DNA of 64,000 nucleotides from Lingula anatina (GCA_051362555.1 CM120646.1:16368001-16432000); one strand, 5' to 3'; counted from the first letter of the stretch, positions 39,670 through 51,760 are shown. Notes: generated by a model not told the origin, from the sequence alone. A program made the numbers and translations.

Positions 39670-42600
39670 GTCAGTTTTTTTAACACCGACTTCTGTGGAG
39701 ATCGATACTCGCATTTGGCTTATTGCAGCCGCCTGGGATGCCAATTTATTCTAAGAACTGAAGTTCGAATCACCACGTCACATCAGTCACTTGACTTTGC
39801 AGTGTTGAAATATTGCTCATTTTGAGCAAAAAAAAAAGATATTTCACAAGTTAGGTTACTTCACGGCCCAGCAGCCCATTGCCATTTGTGTTTCGATAAT
39901 GGTGAGGTGACGAACATAGGAGACAACGAGACAAATCTTTATATACTATCAAAAAAAGCAATATTAATATTCGATAGATGAAAACATATTGTGTTTCAAG
40001 TTATATTTAGAGACAGTTCTAGAATACGTGTTCGTTAAGTATCCATTAGGAATATGTAGTTTAAAAAGGGATGCGGGTACTTCTTATGTATGTATGATAT
40101 TGTGTTGCCTAAACAAAATGCTGTGAAACTATCGTGCACGTATGTTTTTCAAGGACATCATTGTAAAAGCATTATTGCATAAACGTTAAGCAGCACAGTG
40201 GATGGTTTACAATGCCGCTTTATACATTTTGGTCACCTATTTCAAACATATAGATGCAACTTGGGTGACCATAAATTCATATTAAGAATTTTAGTTTGAA
40301 GTCTTTCAAGGTTTTTGAGTTACTAAAAGCTTATTTCAGAGATGTTATTGTGACGCTGGTCCAGTGTGGCATGGGTTACATATGAGGAGGCAATGATCAC
40401 TCAGCTTGTTTCGAACTCATCCAATAGAGTAAGTGTAAAGATGAAGCAAAAAACGGCAAGGGAATAGAAGGACGCATTTTTGAAAGACATAATAAGGTTG
40501 GAAAATATCTTTTAGATTCCTGAATCTTCTAGGATTGTACACTTAAGTTTATATGCAGGACAAACACATTGTGTCTACCTAGAGTGCGAGCCAAGCCAAA
40601 TAAAATTAGTTTTTAACGTAGTCTGCAAACTACGTGGATCATATCAAGAAACACTACAACATTTTGTTACTATTATGTTAAAAGATAAGCACGTTTTATA
40701 ATGATTTTATGTCCAATTTGGAGTCGTAATGACTAATACCAAGTTATTGGAACAATGCTTAGTAACTACCATTTTATGGCGCTTTTATCATATGATAAAT
40801 TATTGATTTTACTAGGTGTTACTTTCAGAAGAAAACAATCTTACTTATATATAGACAGAATATTTAATTATATTTTAAAGAATATATATATGGTTGTTGA
40901 AAAAGATGTTCTTTTTCGTTAAATTGTGTTACAATCATTGTATATAAGGATGTATCACACGAAATCCAATCCAGAACTACCCCTATTGTAAAGGGGTAGT
41001 ATAAAGTTATTATTTTTTATTATTATTTCCCTTTGTAAGTATGGCATAAATAAATTTCAGTGAAAGTCAAATATGAAATGTGGGATCTTTCTTTTCTTTC
41101 TTTCTTTCTTTTCTTTTTTTTTTTACTCTTTTGTTTCCCAAAAAGAAAGTACCTTGTAATATAATGTATAAACCAGCTAAATAGAAATACGTTTGGCGAG
41201 AAAATAAGGTTAACGTCATGATTTACTGAAACCCTTTTTATGTAAAATTCTGGGTTTAAAAATACAAAAAAAAAAAAAAAAAAAAAAACAACAAAACTTA
41301 TGTTACGTGTGAATATGTTCAGATTCTGTTCAAGTGAGGACATCCAAAATAGTTATTAGCATCATTTCATCTAAGACGAGTATAAGACCAGAAAGTAAAA
41401 CATAAAAAATTGTAATATCTTGAAAATTTTATTTAAACACTACTAAGCGATGTCACATAAATATCATGACTATGTATATATTCCTATTAGGTTTACATAA
41501 GTAAACAATATGTAATTATCATCAATAAGACAGTAATCACAGGCTGCTCTTTTCTTTACACACTGTTCAACACGCAACATTTTAATGTAAAATTTATATT
41601 AAAGAGCCAGAAAACACACTCACTTCATTCAAAAAAAGTTTTCTGGGCATTCGGAGGGTCAGCAGAACATTGTTATTTCGTAGTCGATTCTTTTATTTAT
41701 TATTTTTATTTTATTTGTAAAAGTTTTTGATGAATGACATATATGTTTAATTGTGCATGTGCATGAATGATTGACTATTTAAAAAATATTTTGTAATTGC
41801 TTGGAGTAATTTCCATTTTGATATATTTACCGCTGCAAATCAATTTTTACTTACTTTTTGTTCTTTATCACCTGTTACCAAGATCTCCAGAAGCAAATAC
41901 CCATAGATCTCTGTACTCTCATTCTCTCTGAAATTGGTTTATTATCTTTCTTATTTAGTTATTGAGCTAAGTGTTATCTGCTATCTTGGTTGCATATGTT
42001 TCTGTATACTTTTATCTGTTATCTTTGTACTAACTTTTTTTATTTACTGATTTTTATACCTTTTACATACACATTTATGTCTCATTCTAATTGTTATAAT
42101 TTTTAGATATATTCAGCCAGCTATGTTGGTATCTATCAATTGTATATATATATTTATATTTATATCTCTGCAAGTCATATCAGACATACATGGTGTTCTT
42201 TAGTTATTAATTAATTTATTTATCTATGTTTGTGTACAACGATGAATACACTGGACACTAAATGAAGAATATCATTTCAAATGCATTTTGATACTATAAA
42301 AAAAAGGTAATGAAACGCATTTTCAAGCAATGAAGGCTATTCTTCACATGAACGAAAACAGGTTCTTTGCACAAAGCCCAAATTTCTGTTTTTTTTTTTT
42401 TTTTTTTTTTTTGGTTTAACGTCTATTATGAAAGAAGGTAGCTTCGGTTTCCGTGTGTCACGTGACAATCAGCTTCTCGAGCTGCAATTCGACTGCAATT
42501 CCTTCTGTTTTCAACCATACCTTTTTGATATAAATAGGGTATTACAGTTGTGTTTATCATGGTCACAAAGTACCGGGATTTCCATGTGCAAAAAGACTAC

Positions 42601-43774
42601 ACCAAGGAAATAAACAAGACGGATGCAAAAACGCCATTGTTATTGTCATTTTCTTTATGTGCAGTTAAGCAGACTGTAATGGCTACTGACCGGTTGTTGG
42701 CGTGTTTTATATCTGTATTCCGTATTTGTCACAGTAGTCAGACCTCTATTTCAGTAAATTTTTATTGGGACCTCTTTTAAAAACGGAGACTTCTATTTAA
42801 GCAGGGGGTTCTATTTTAAGCATTGAAAAACATGCAAAGCGAGTCTACTGTTTTACTGGATCGATCTTGAAAAATTTAATATGCAACGCGGTTACCTGTA
42901 AAATGACCCATGGCAGAACGAGACATATGCCAAGTAACGCACCGGGGAACTTCTATTAAGGCGGAGGGGGGGGGGGGGGGGGATTTCTATTTACGTTTTA
43001 TGGATGTGAGGGGTGGAGCCCATCTATTACGACAGATGAGTCATTTAAGCTGTGGTCACTATTGTTATCAATATTGAAATTCAGCATTTGGATTTACAGA
43101 CTGCTTATTTCAAAACACTTTGAGAGACACACATAAAAATAGCCCGTCCTTGCATTTAGCGTTTCCTTTATGACATCTCCCCCCACCACACACCCGCATC
43201 CCCTGTAAAACCAACTCAAACAGTATCCCCTAAAATGCTTTGTCGCCCTAAATGGCGAAATATATGCACTTATGTTCCCTTTCCCCTTTACTGCCAAAGA
43301 AAAAAATACAATAAAAAACAATAATTTTTGAACTGGTAGAAAATGCTATGGGCGGGTTGATAATAATATATTCTATAATAATTTATATAATGTCATAAAT
43401 TACATTAGCCAGCTGAGACAGGGGCAGTCGTTTTCACATAACGTTCTCTTTGAAAAAGCACAGATATTTCATAAACAAGAACAAAGCCCTGGAGATGCCT
43501 CAATGAGGAAGAACAGACTCTCAGCGCCGCTAGGTCGCACCTACAACCACAGTGGAAGACTATAGGTACCTGGTTTGGGGAGATATTCGTAAATGATTCA
43601 GCCTCAAGTCTTCCCTGGGGTATGAGAAATGACACTTAGAATAATGACTTCGTTGATAATGGGGGTTTTCTTCATGTTTTATTTTAAAAAATTTCTTAAG
43701 AAAGAAAGGAAAGAAACAAAATAGCAAAGAGGCAAAAGAAAGAATAGCATCCACGATGAATAGTGAGGAAATGA

Positions 43775-43775
43775 C

Positions 43776-43828
<53 letters not shown>
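43775..43828. repeat. (AAT)n microsatellite
   Basis: Directly visible. Confidence 0.95.
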
Positions 43829-43830
<2 letters not shown>

Positions 43831-44631
43831 CGTTTGAGTGACACCGAAGATGAAAAGTGCGATTCATCAACACAATGTCCGTCTTACAATAAGCCTAGAT
43901 TCTACTTGACAAATCTATTTGATTTGCCCATTTTGATGTGAAGAAAGTATTTCATATACAGGGGGAATTTGGAGCTGCAAATGCTAGTTGTATATACATG
44001 GACTGCATGTTTCATTGCTGCTACTCTTGTAATCTTGTGCAGAAAAATTGTCACCTAGAAATCTGGGGAAATTATTTTGAAAATCCTAGCAAAATACAAC
44101 GCTCACTTGGGCCATCGGTTGATTTTAGGTAGCGTTGTCATAGTAACATTAACCTATACTTTACACAGAGACGCCTTTTAATGTCTAAAACAGTCCATCG
44201 GTTACTAAAAATACAAAGAAACCATCACGACACGAGTCACTACTTCCTTCCCTGACATTATTCTTTGTTCTTGTTCTTGATTTTTCTTTTACTTTCTGTG
44301 TATTTTTCTAACTTAGGCGCAATTATGACTGAACAACTTTAAGCAACCCCGACATACAAGTGAAGAATCCATACACACTGTTCCGAGGCCTTCCTTCAAA
44401 TGCAAAGATTCGAACATTCCTTATCGTTAGTTGCAAGTCATCTTTGACTTTGATCGTTGGCAGACAAAGGAATTACAAGATAAAAACGATGGCCTTCATT
44501 TCAATTGTCAGAAAACATTAAATGCTATTTGTCGAGAAATTAAAAATACTCAAATGATGTGAGCCTAGAATATGTAGTAAATCTTGTTTTTATTCTTATT
44601 TTAACATGCAATAAGCATTAGTGCTTCTTAA

Positions 44632-44968
44632 AGGGATAACAACTGTTCATTTTGGCGAAAAAAAGAATTTTCCTGGGGTAAACGACATATTTTCCATACT
44701 AACCAATGGTTAATGAATCCATTTCTACATTCAAAGTTAGTCTCTGTTTTTTTTTCTAAAAAGTTTGTTTTTTGTGATAATGTCTTAAGAGATTATTACA
44801 GAGTATAGCCATCTGTGGAGGTCACATGGTCCGATAGCAAGCACAGATTTCAGAATACTTGCTTAAACTGCCATTTTTGTGGTAAAATAGAATATATCAT
44901 GTTTCTATGAGTTGTTTACAATGTTTTTATTGTGACATATGGATCTCATACGAAGAGTTGTTATCCCT
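44632..44968. mobile_element. Kolobok-like MITE
   Basis: TTAA on both sides (44628-44631, 44969-44972) and perfect 13-bp TIR AGGGATAACAACT / AGTTGTTATCCCT. A TTAA TSD with purine-start TIRs fits Kolobok rather than piggyBac (CCY ends). Confidence 0.8.
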
Positions 44969-47361
44969 TTAACCAATGAGATCATCGTATTTGTGTCAGC
45001 TGACCCGTCATTATCTCCATTGTCTTGAAATAAATTTCATCACACCATGCATGTGTTACGAGGAAATACCTGAGTCCACCCTGTAAATGCATTGAAAGCG
45101 AAAGTGTCTTCTGCCAGCAAATACAGCTTATCTGCACTATCAATTCTTCATTTTTCTTTAACTTTTTATGATCTTTTTTCCTTCTTTTTTTTTCTTTTCG
45201 TTAAAGAACAAAACAGAAGTTATATATAAGGAGCTATCAACACGTGAACAGAAGCCCACATCGCGTTGAAAAATTCAGTGCCCTGGTAAAAATCTAGTGG
45301 ATACCTCAGGTTCGTTGTGGTCTGTACGTTCTTCTAAATTTTTCATATTTTCTCCAGGTAATTGAGATGGAGGTTGTTTACCTTTTGACTATGTCCAATA
45401 AATTTCTCGCAAACACGTATATGTCCAACAGCAGTAAAAGTCAAGTTAAGTCGAATATTTTTTGCATCGACAGTGAAAGATACAAGAATTTGATGGAAAG
45501 TGGAGATTTCACCTTTCTCAGTTGACTGAGACCTTCGCCACGTAACAGCATGAAACAAAGCCTTGAAAAAAAAATCAATTGTTCACTGTGTGTAAGATAT
45601 ATCTTTGATTATGTAATACAGGCACCATTCTATACTTTGGTACATCATATTTTTTCTTAATCTTTTATTTTGAAAATTTATTCATTTAAAAGTGCAGGAG
45701 ATGAATACACCACATCACGTTATCAATTAGTTCTGTTTAGCATCCAAATAATCCTGTATTTTATTAGCTGCTGTGTGAAGGTTCTTTTGAGGCAATTGTC
45801 ATGTTTTTCGTTGAATTATGATTGGCACCTTGAGATATCAACAACGTAAACTGATCAAAACACCCAGTGAAATAATAAGATATGTTTACGATACCACCGA
45901 AAACATCGATAACAAAATGTTGGTAGCCTTGTTTTGCCAAATTTTACGCCGATTATAGAAGACAGGTTTTGTTGCTGAATGTTAACATTTCCTTTCTTGA
46001 GATAAGGAAAATTAAGGGTCCTATAAACCAAGTCAAATGAAAATATACGATCCTTCTTTCAGAACACATGTATTTTATATTATGTTCCATAAATATGTCA
46101 ATTACAGGCTTGCATGTCTCCCAGACAAAGACTGACGTGCAAAATAATAAGGTTATATGATACAATATCCAACTTTTGAATATTAACGAATAAAACTCAA
46201 GTAATATTTAATTGGGTCTGTCCACTATATCCCTTTTTAATGTGTGCTTAAAACGAGACCTGGTGATCCCTTTGAGACCTAAATGTAACAGAATGTCTGC
46301 AAGGACAGTGTAAAATGTATGAAGTAAGACATAAAATTGTTCCACATGGAAGGAAAGGAATCCTGTGCCTTTGAATGAAAAAGTGGTCTTAGCTGTTTCT
46401 GTGCACACAAAATGCAAAAGTGCGAATTATACGCGATAATTCTGCCCATAGAAACCTAATTGCCGTGATGGAGACATATTTCCAGCATGGTCGAGGCTGT
46501 GGGTGTTGTCCGAAAGATCTCGAAAAAATTTCTTTCATATTTTTTAATGAGCATCAGTTTCAATACGTTGAAATAAGCGCTATACCATGCTGTTTGTCAC
46601 CCCCACTGTCTCTGAACGTGATTGTGTCTTTCGACCAGTTATCCCCATTCCCTCCTACTGGGGTTGGCTTACGCTGCCGCAAATCGTGATAGTTCCAAGT
46701 ACACAAGGCGTGGGCACGAAGACAAAGGAAACCATAAATTAGATTACTTGTATAACTCTCAATAACGGCTGACCGCATTAATTGTGCCTACATCATCCTT
46801 TTTTTTTATGAATAGGTCACCTGTATGGTATCCGATGCTTTCGTGACAAAGAAACCACGCACAGGCACTGAAATAACCATAAATTAAAAAAAGACTCATT
46901 CTAATGCATTCCGGACTTGTGATGAAAGTGAAAATACGAATAAAATGGTAAAAATGGTTGAATGTGTATCAGTATGGGCTGGCGTATTTCAGAATCATGT
47001 CTGTGTGTTTGTTAAATGACTCAATATTGCTCAGCATCGAATGTGTGGGAATTACCCAGACAAGAATTCAGGTAGCGCGTGCTAGCTCTAGAACGTCTAG
47101 AATCCGGTTTACATTCTCGACAATGATTGGTACTTACACATGAACTTAGTTTCACATACGTTATGCACGGCCTGGAAAAGGCACGTCTTCACATGTCAAA
47201 CGGTATATCAATAATACTTTGACATGTACTTTTGTAATAAGCTTGTAACATTTGTCCGCTGTTATCTTTTTGGGTTTTGGAATGCTTATTGGCCACCTTA
47301 CATTATCGTTACCTAACAAGCATTAAAAGAACAAGACGTGGGTAAATATTTCATATTGCAT

Positions 47362-47367
47362 TTTATT
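47362..47367 (-). terminator. Candidate polyadenylation signal of the pri-mir-100/let-7/mir-125 transcript
   Basis: AATAAA on the minus strand (second at 47411-47416) followed by U/GU-rich TCTTGTTCTTTTAATGCTTGTT; preceded by about 1 kb of UTR-like sequence downstream of mir-125. Confidence 0.35.
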
Positions 47368-48687
47368 TCTAAATAAATCATGTAAATTAATGTCGACTTA
47401 TGTAATTTTTTTTATTTCCAGCAATACTAACCACAGCATATGTAATACATACATTGGTCCTGGTGTTAACAATACATTCAATCTATGCAAAGTACACGTT
47501 ATTGTATGTAAGCAGACTTACGTGTATTTTGTTAAAAGCTTTGCATTGCAGGACATCAATCTTTTAATTTTTTAATTGTCCGTGTATTAAAAACGCTCAC
47601 TTCAGTCAAAGGAAATATGATAAACAGGATAAGCATATAATATAATAAAATAATCGTGACATTTGTTACAGTGCGGCCCCTTTATACAAGCAACCAACCT
47701 AACTTAATATATTTGACATAGAAAAATCCCAAACTAATTTACATGCAGACGTACACAATTTGTTTTAACAGATCATCCAATATAATATCGACCTCCTCAA
47801 GCGTCTGAAACGAACACTAAAGCCAACATATATTACCACGGTTTTGTGCCAAAGGTTTCATATAAACATTGCCATGGTTCTACTAACAGAAAAAATAAAC
47901 CACTGCGTATCCTTTTCATCCAAAAACCTCAACGTAACGGATGTACGGCACAGGTAGAATTATTACCAATATCGACAATACATTAAACATAAAATGTTCA
48001 ATATTGTTCTTAATAGCTGATTCTATCAAGGGTTTTATCAACTGGTAACGAACAATTACAATCCAATGTTTGCATACATTATCTTAATTTATGTTTTGTC
48101 AAATACTTGTTCTTAATATACAACATATACAATGACCTCGTTCCGTCACAAATAAAGAACTTTGCATAATATACACACTGTATACAACTTGCAATAAGCT
48201 ACTGACTGAATTATATTTACTGGGGGGGATATTAAGGACAAGAAACACAATTTTAAAATCATTAACTATCTCAACGCATGGTTTGAATATCCTGTCAAAC
48301 GCCACTCTGAGGATCCACATCTGGGCCTATATGAAACATTTGAAATGTTCATCAAAAATGCCAAACAATGGCGTCGCTTTAACCTCGACTCCTTTGAAGG
48401 GAAATTTGTAATTATACCCTCTCTCTCTCTCTCTCTCATCAAACATCACAAACTTGTTGAAGAAATTGTCATTTCCCCCTCATTGGAGAAAACATGGGCA
48501 TTTGCATCATACACACTACGTATACCAAGTAAATCATCCGTACATATATTGATACATACTTAGGATCCGCCATGTTCCCCATACCAGTGTACTGGTGCAC
48601 TTTACCTTTCCATTGCCGTCCCTCCTGATGGCGCTCAGGTTCCAGTCCCTTGACAACGTGGACATGCCGTCAATTGAACACACTCCC

Positions 48688-48746
48688 TAACCCCGATACC
48701 CTAACCTGGGATATTTCAGCACCATCACAAGTTAAGGTCTCAGGGA
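48688..48746 (-). ncRNA. mir-125: mir-125 precursor (miR-10/lin-4 family)
   Basis: Mature 5p TCCCTGAGACCTTAACTTGTGA (48746-48725), one nt from canonical miR-125b; pairs with 3p arm CCAGGTTAGGGTATCGGGGTTA across a short loop; third position in the conserved cluster. Confidence 0.96.
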
Positions 48747-51318
48747 CAGAGGGCGGCCTTAACTCAAACTCTCTTTCTCTCTCCTCAGACAGCCTAATCT
48801 CCCTGGCAACCAGAAGAGATTCCAACCATAGTTCGCCAAGGCCGGCAAGGACAATACAGTTTACCGCCGGTGTCTCTGGTCTGACCTTGTAGGGCTGCTG
48901 CGCTATCTCTACACAGCTAATTCTAGCGTGGCTGTCTACCAAGCCTGACCCGAGTTGTTCTGTAGAATACGTGCGCCTGCATAGAACCGTTCTACCGCTA
49001 CATAATGCAGGAACAATAGTAGTTAGACTACCACGCAGATATCTTAAGCAATGTCGATTATTCCCGGTGGTTCCTTGATGGAAATATCCAAGCAGTGTTC
49101 CCAGCCCTATACTGTCTGTCTGCCTGTGCTATTCCAGTCCTGTGATGGTATATTGTATCTCATTGTGAATGCGTAGGTCCATGTGACGGATTACCCTTTT
49201 CCTTCCTCCATTCTCTGTAAGCTGACCTAATATGCATCCAATACCATACCGGCATTCTGCAACTTACTAACGATATGTCTGCTACGGCCCCGACATTTGA
49301 GGCTCACAGGGGGGGCGCCATCACCATATCACCATTTTCTCTCTAATTTCTCTCCCGTTCGGTCAATACCGTGGCCTGAAACACTGTTCTACGGCCTCAG
49401 ATCACGTCCGGCTTGTCTACATACACATCATTATCACCGTTTGATGGTCTTAAGCCTGCCTAACCTCGCCGTACGCCACCTGGTGCCACAACTACGTGCT
49501 GTCTGCCCCTTTAAGCTCTCAATTTCTCCCTACAAATCTCTCAAGAGACGTCTACCACTTCCCAAGGTAAAACATTCTCCCTAAACAGTAATGCAGAGGT
49601 CTTTCATAAAATACCACGTAAAAAAGCAGTAAGACGGATCCAGTAATCCAATGTTCGCCCTATCACTTCCCAATATGACGGTTCTAACCCCATATATCTC
49701 TGTACAGGAAAAGAATGCCAACAACACGGTTCACCACTTCCATTGCATCAGACAAAACATATTAGTCTAGACTAGTATAATTATCAATATTAATCAAGCA
49801 ATCAATATGGTCAGATATATAATATCTATAGTTACTCCAAATTATCCCAAACCATTTACCTTGCCATCGCCCTACTTTCCGCTTCATCACAGATTCCAAC
49901 TGGGCCTATTGTGTTCAGAGGACGTATAAAACATCGCAGTTAAACCCTTGAAACTGAATACTGCGACTTTTGGACATATTCCTAATCTGTGCTTTAACTT
50001 TTATCCATGTCTAGCCTCTGATATCTCCTGTAGTTTTATACGTTTTCAGAGAAAACAGATTGTTTTTGTCGTGTGTGCCACAAACACTATACGTATAAGG
50101 TGGTTGGTCTTCACCGCCCCGCTAGATCTAACAACCACTGTCACAGCTCTCCATACTACGTGATTGGTTTGCTTAGTGTCAGAAGAGACCTGCCTCCCAC
50201 AGCGCGCGGGACCGTCTTCCTTATGCCAGTCATTACTAAACCTACTGTCACGTCTAAGGAGACAGGAAAACGAGGCAGTGGGGTGGGGTGGGGTGGGGTG
50301 GGGAAAGGGGGGGGGGTAGAAGGGTGGGATGAGGGAGAACACTTCCATATGAGGGAACCAGATCGGATCTGGGTGTGCGGGTGTTTTATACTTTAAAGTA
50401 CTAGTGACTATACTGTGAGGTGTGGAAGCCAATATGAAAACCTTCCCGACTTTATATATTATTGAATCAGATTACTTTTATCCTTTTTATCTGCCTACGT
50501 ATTCCTAGCGCAAAAACTACCCTCATGTACAAAAACGATTTCAACGGTATAATGTTATCATAACAACGCCTGTTTATTTTTGTAATAATGATGGACACCA
50601 ATATAAATCCCGTCTATCAACCTGAACACCCAACTATTCTATCTCTACAGCAGTGTTCCTTTCTAACAGCTTCCTTAGTGTCTGAACTACAAGCTACCCT
50701 TACCAAGCATTTCTCTGCCCAGTTTGATTAACAGAACCGGAGAGAGGTTGCCAATGTCTAGCAAATACACTCCTGACCCAATTACATATAAACAGAAATA
50801 AGTATAGGTCTGTTTCCGTACATCGTAATTTGCCTTATGCCTCGTCTCGTGTTGAAAGTACCTCGCTAACAGCTGATCATTACGACCACAGATTGTCACG
50901 TCTGGTATACTGAGCATATCCTTGGGTCTTCCTCCTAATGTTGTTTATCGCCATTGTTTGGGTCACTGACATCAGACCCATCTCCTTGCACACACGTGTG
51001 CGTAAGTTCGTTTGCTATAAAGCGCCTACAGTAAAAATTTAGCTCCTACTAATACGAAAAGAACACACTGAGAGCTCACAATATATCCATCCCCATGGAA
51101 AATTCGTTTTCCTTGAGATACGGCACACATCAATTCCTCCTAAATACTGTCAGTGTCATACGGGGGTGGTCTTCGGTTTGTGGTTATCTATCTATCTATA
51201 TTACGGTTTAAAAAAAAAATAGCATGAGCCACCCTCCTCTAGTAGTCAGTCATCTCACTCATTTTCTTTTTTTATCCAAGGGAATATCAAGTGCCACGTA
51301 CAATGTCCCAATGTTTGA

Positions 51319-51367
51319 GGTCTAACGTCGAATCGTATGGGAAGCAAGAAGGTTGTACTCTTTCCCA
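51319..51367 (-). repeat. Diverged tandem duplicate of the let-7 3p arm plus 3' flank (source 51399-51451)
   Basis: + strand GGTCTAACGTCG..GGGAAGCAAGAAGGTTGTACTCTTTCCCA versus GGCTCTAAAACGTCG..GGGAAAGCTAGAAGGTTGTACAGTTTCTCCA; offset about 81 nt. Confidence 0.85.
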
Positions 51368-51421
51368 AAAAGTTTCGTCAACGCATGGTGCTGTAGATGG
51401 CTCTAAAACGTCGCGCCTCAG

Positions 51422-51490
51422 GGAAAGCTAGAAGGTTGTACAGTTTCTCCATGATTGATGTAATTCTGAACTATACAACCTACTACCTCA
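51422..51490 (-). ncRNA. let-7: let-7 precursor
   Basis: Mature TGAGGTAGTAGGTTGTATAGTT (51490-51469) is identical to canonical let-7a; star CTGTACAACCTTCTAGCTTTCC (51443-51422); basal stem GTGTCTCAG/CTGAGGCGC; GGAG in the loop. Confidence 0.99.
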
Positions 51491-51698
51491 ATCTGAGACA
51501 CACAAACGCCATGTAGAGATCATACCACCGACCAGAGCAGTCGAGAATGGTCTTCAGCCTGACAATCACGTAGATATGGGGTCCCGTGGATCTGGTACTT
51601 GGTCCTACTATAGAAAATATACAACACGAAGACGTTCTTCCCTAACAACAGCGGCACCTAATACAACTGAAGTTGTTGGTAGCATTTCCATGACAACA

Positions 51699-51760
51699 CT
51701 GACCCCTAGAGACGAGCTTGTGATTGACCATAAATGGGCACAAGTTCGGATCTACGGGTT
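51699..51760 (-). ncRNA. mir-100: mir-100 precursor
   Basis: Mature AACCCGTAGATCCGAACTTGTG (51760-51739) is identical to canonical miR-100; star CAAGCTCGTCTCTAGGGGTCAG (51720-51699). Confidence 0.99.

Noticed and set aside
46267-46288. TCCCTTTGAGACCTAAATGT resembling miR-125
   Set aside because: Seed interrupted by a 2-nt insertion, only a short stem (no pre-miRNA geometry), and it lies beyond the candidate poly(A) signal.
48646-48663. TCCCTTGACAACGTGGA as a miR-125 decoy parallel to the let-7 and miR-100 sites
   Set aside because: Only about 5 contiguous matches; indistinguishable from chance by eye.
51399-51420. TGAGGCGCGACGTTTTAGAGCC as a second let-7 5p arm
   Set aside because: It is the 3' basal-stem strand and flank of the genuine hairpin and its seed is not let-7; treated as part of the duplication finding, not as a separate miRNA.
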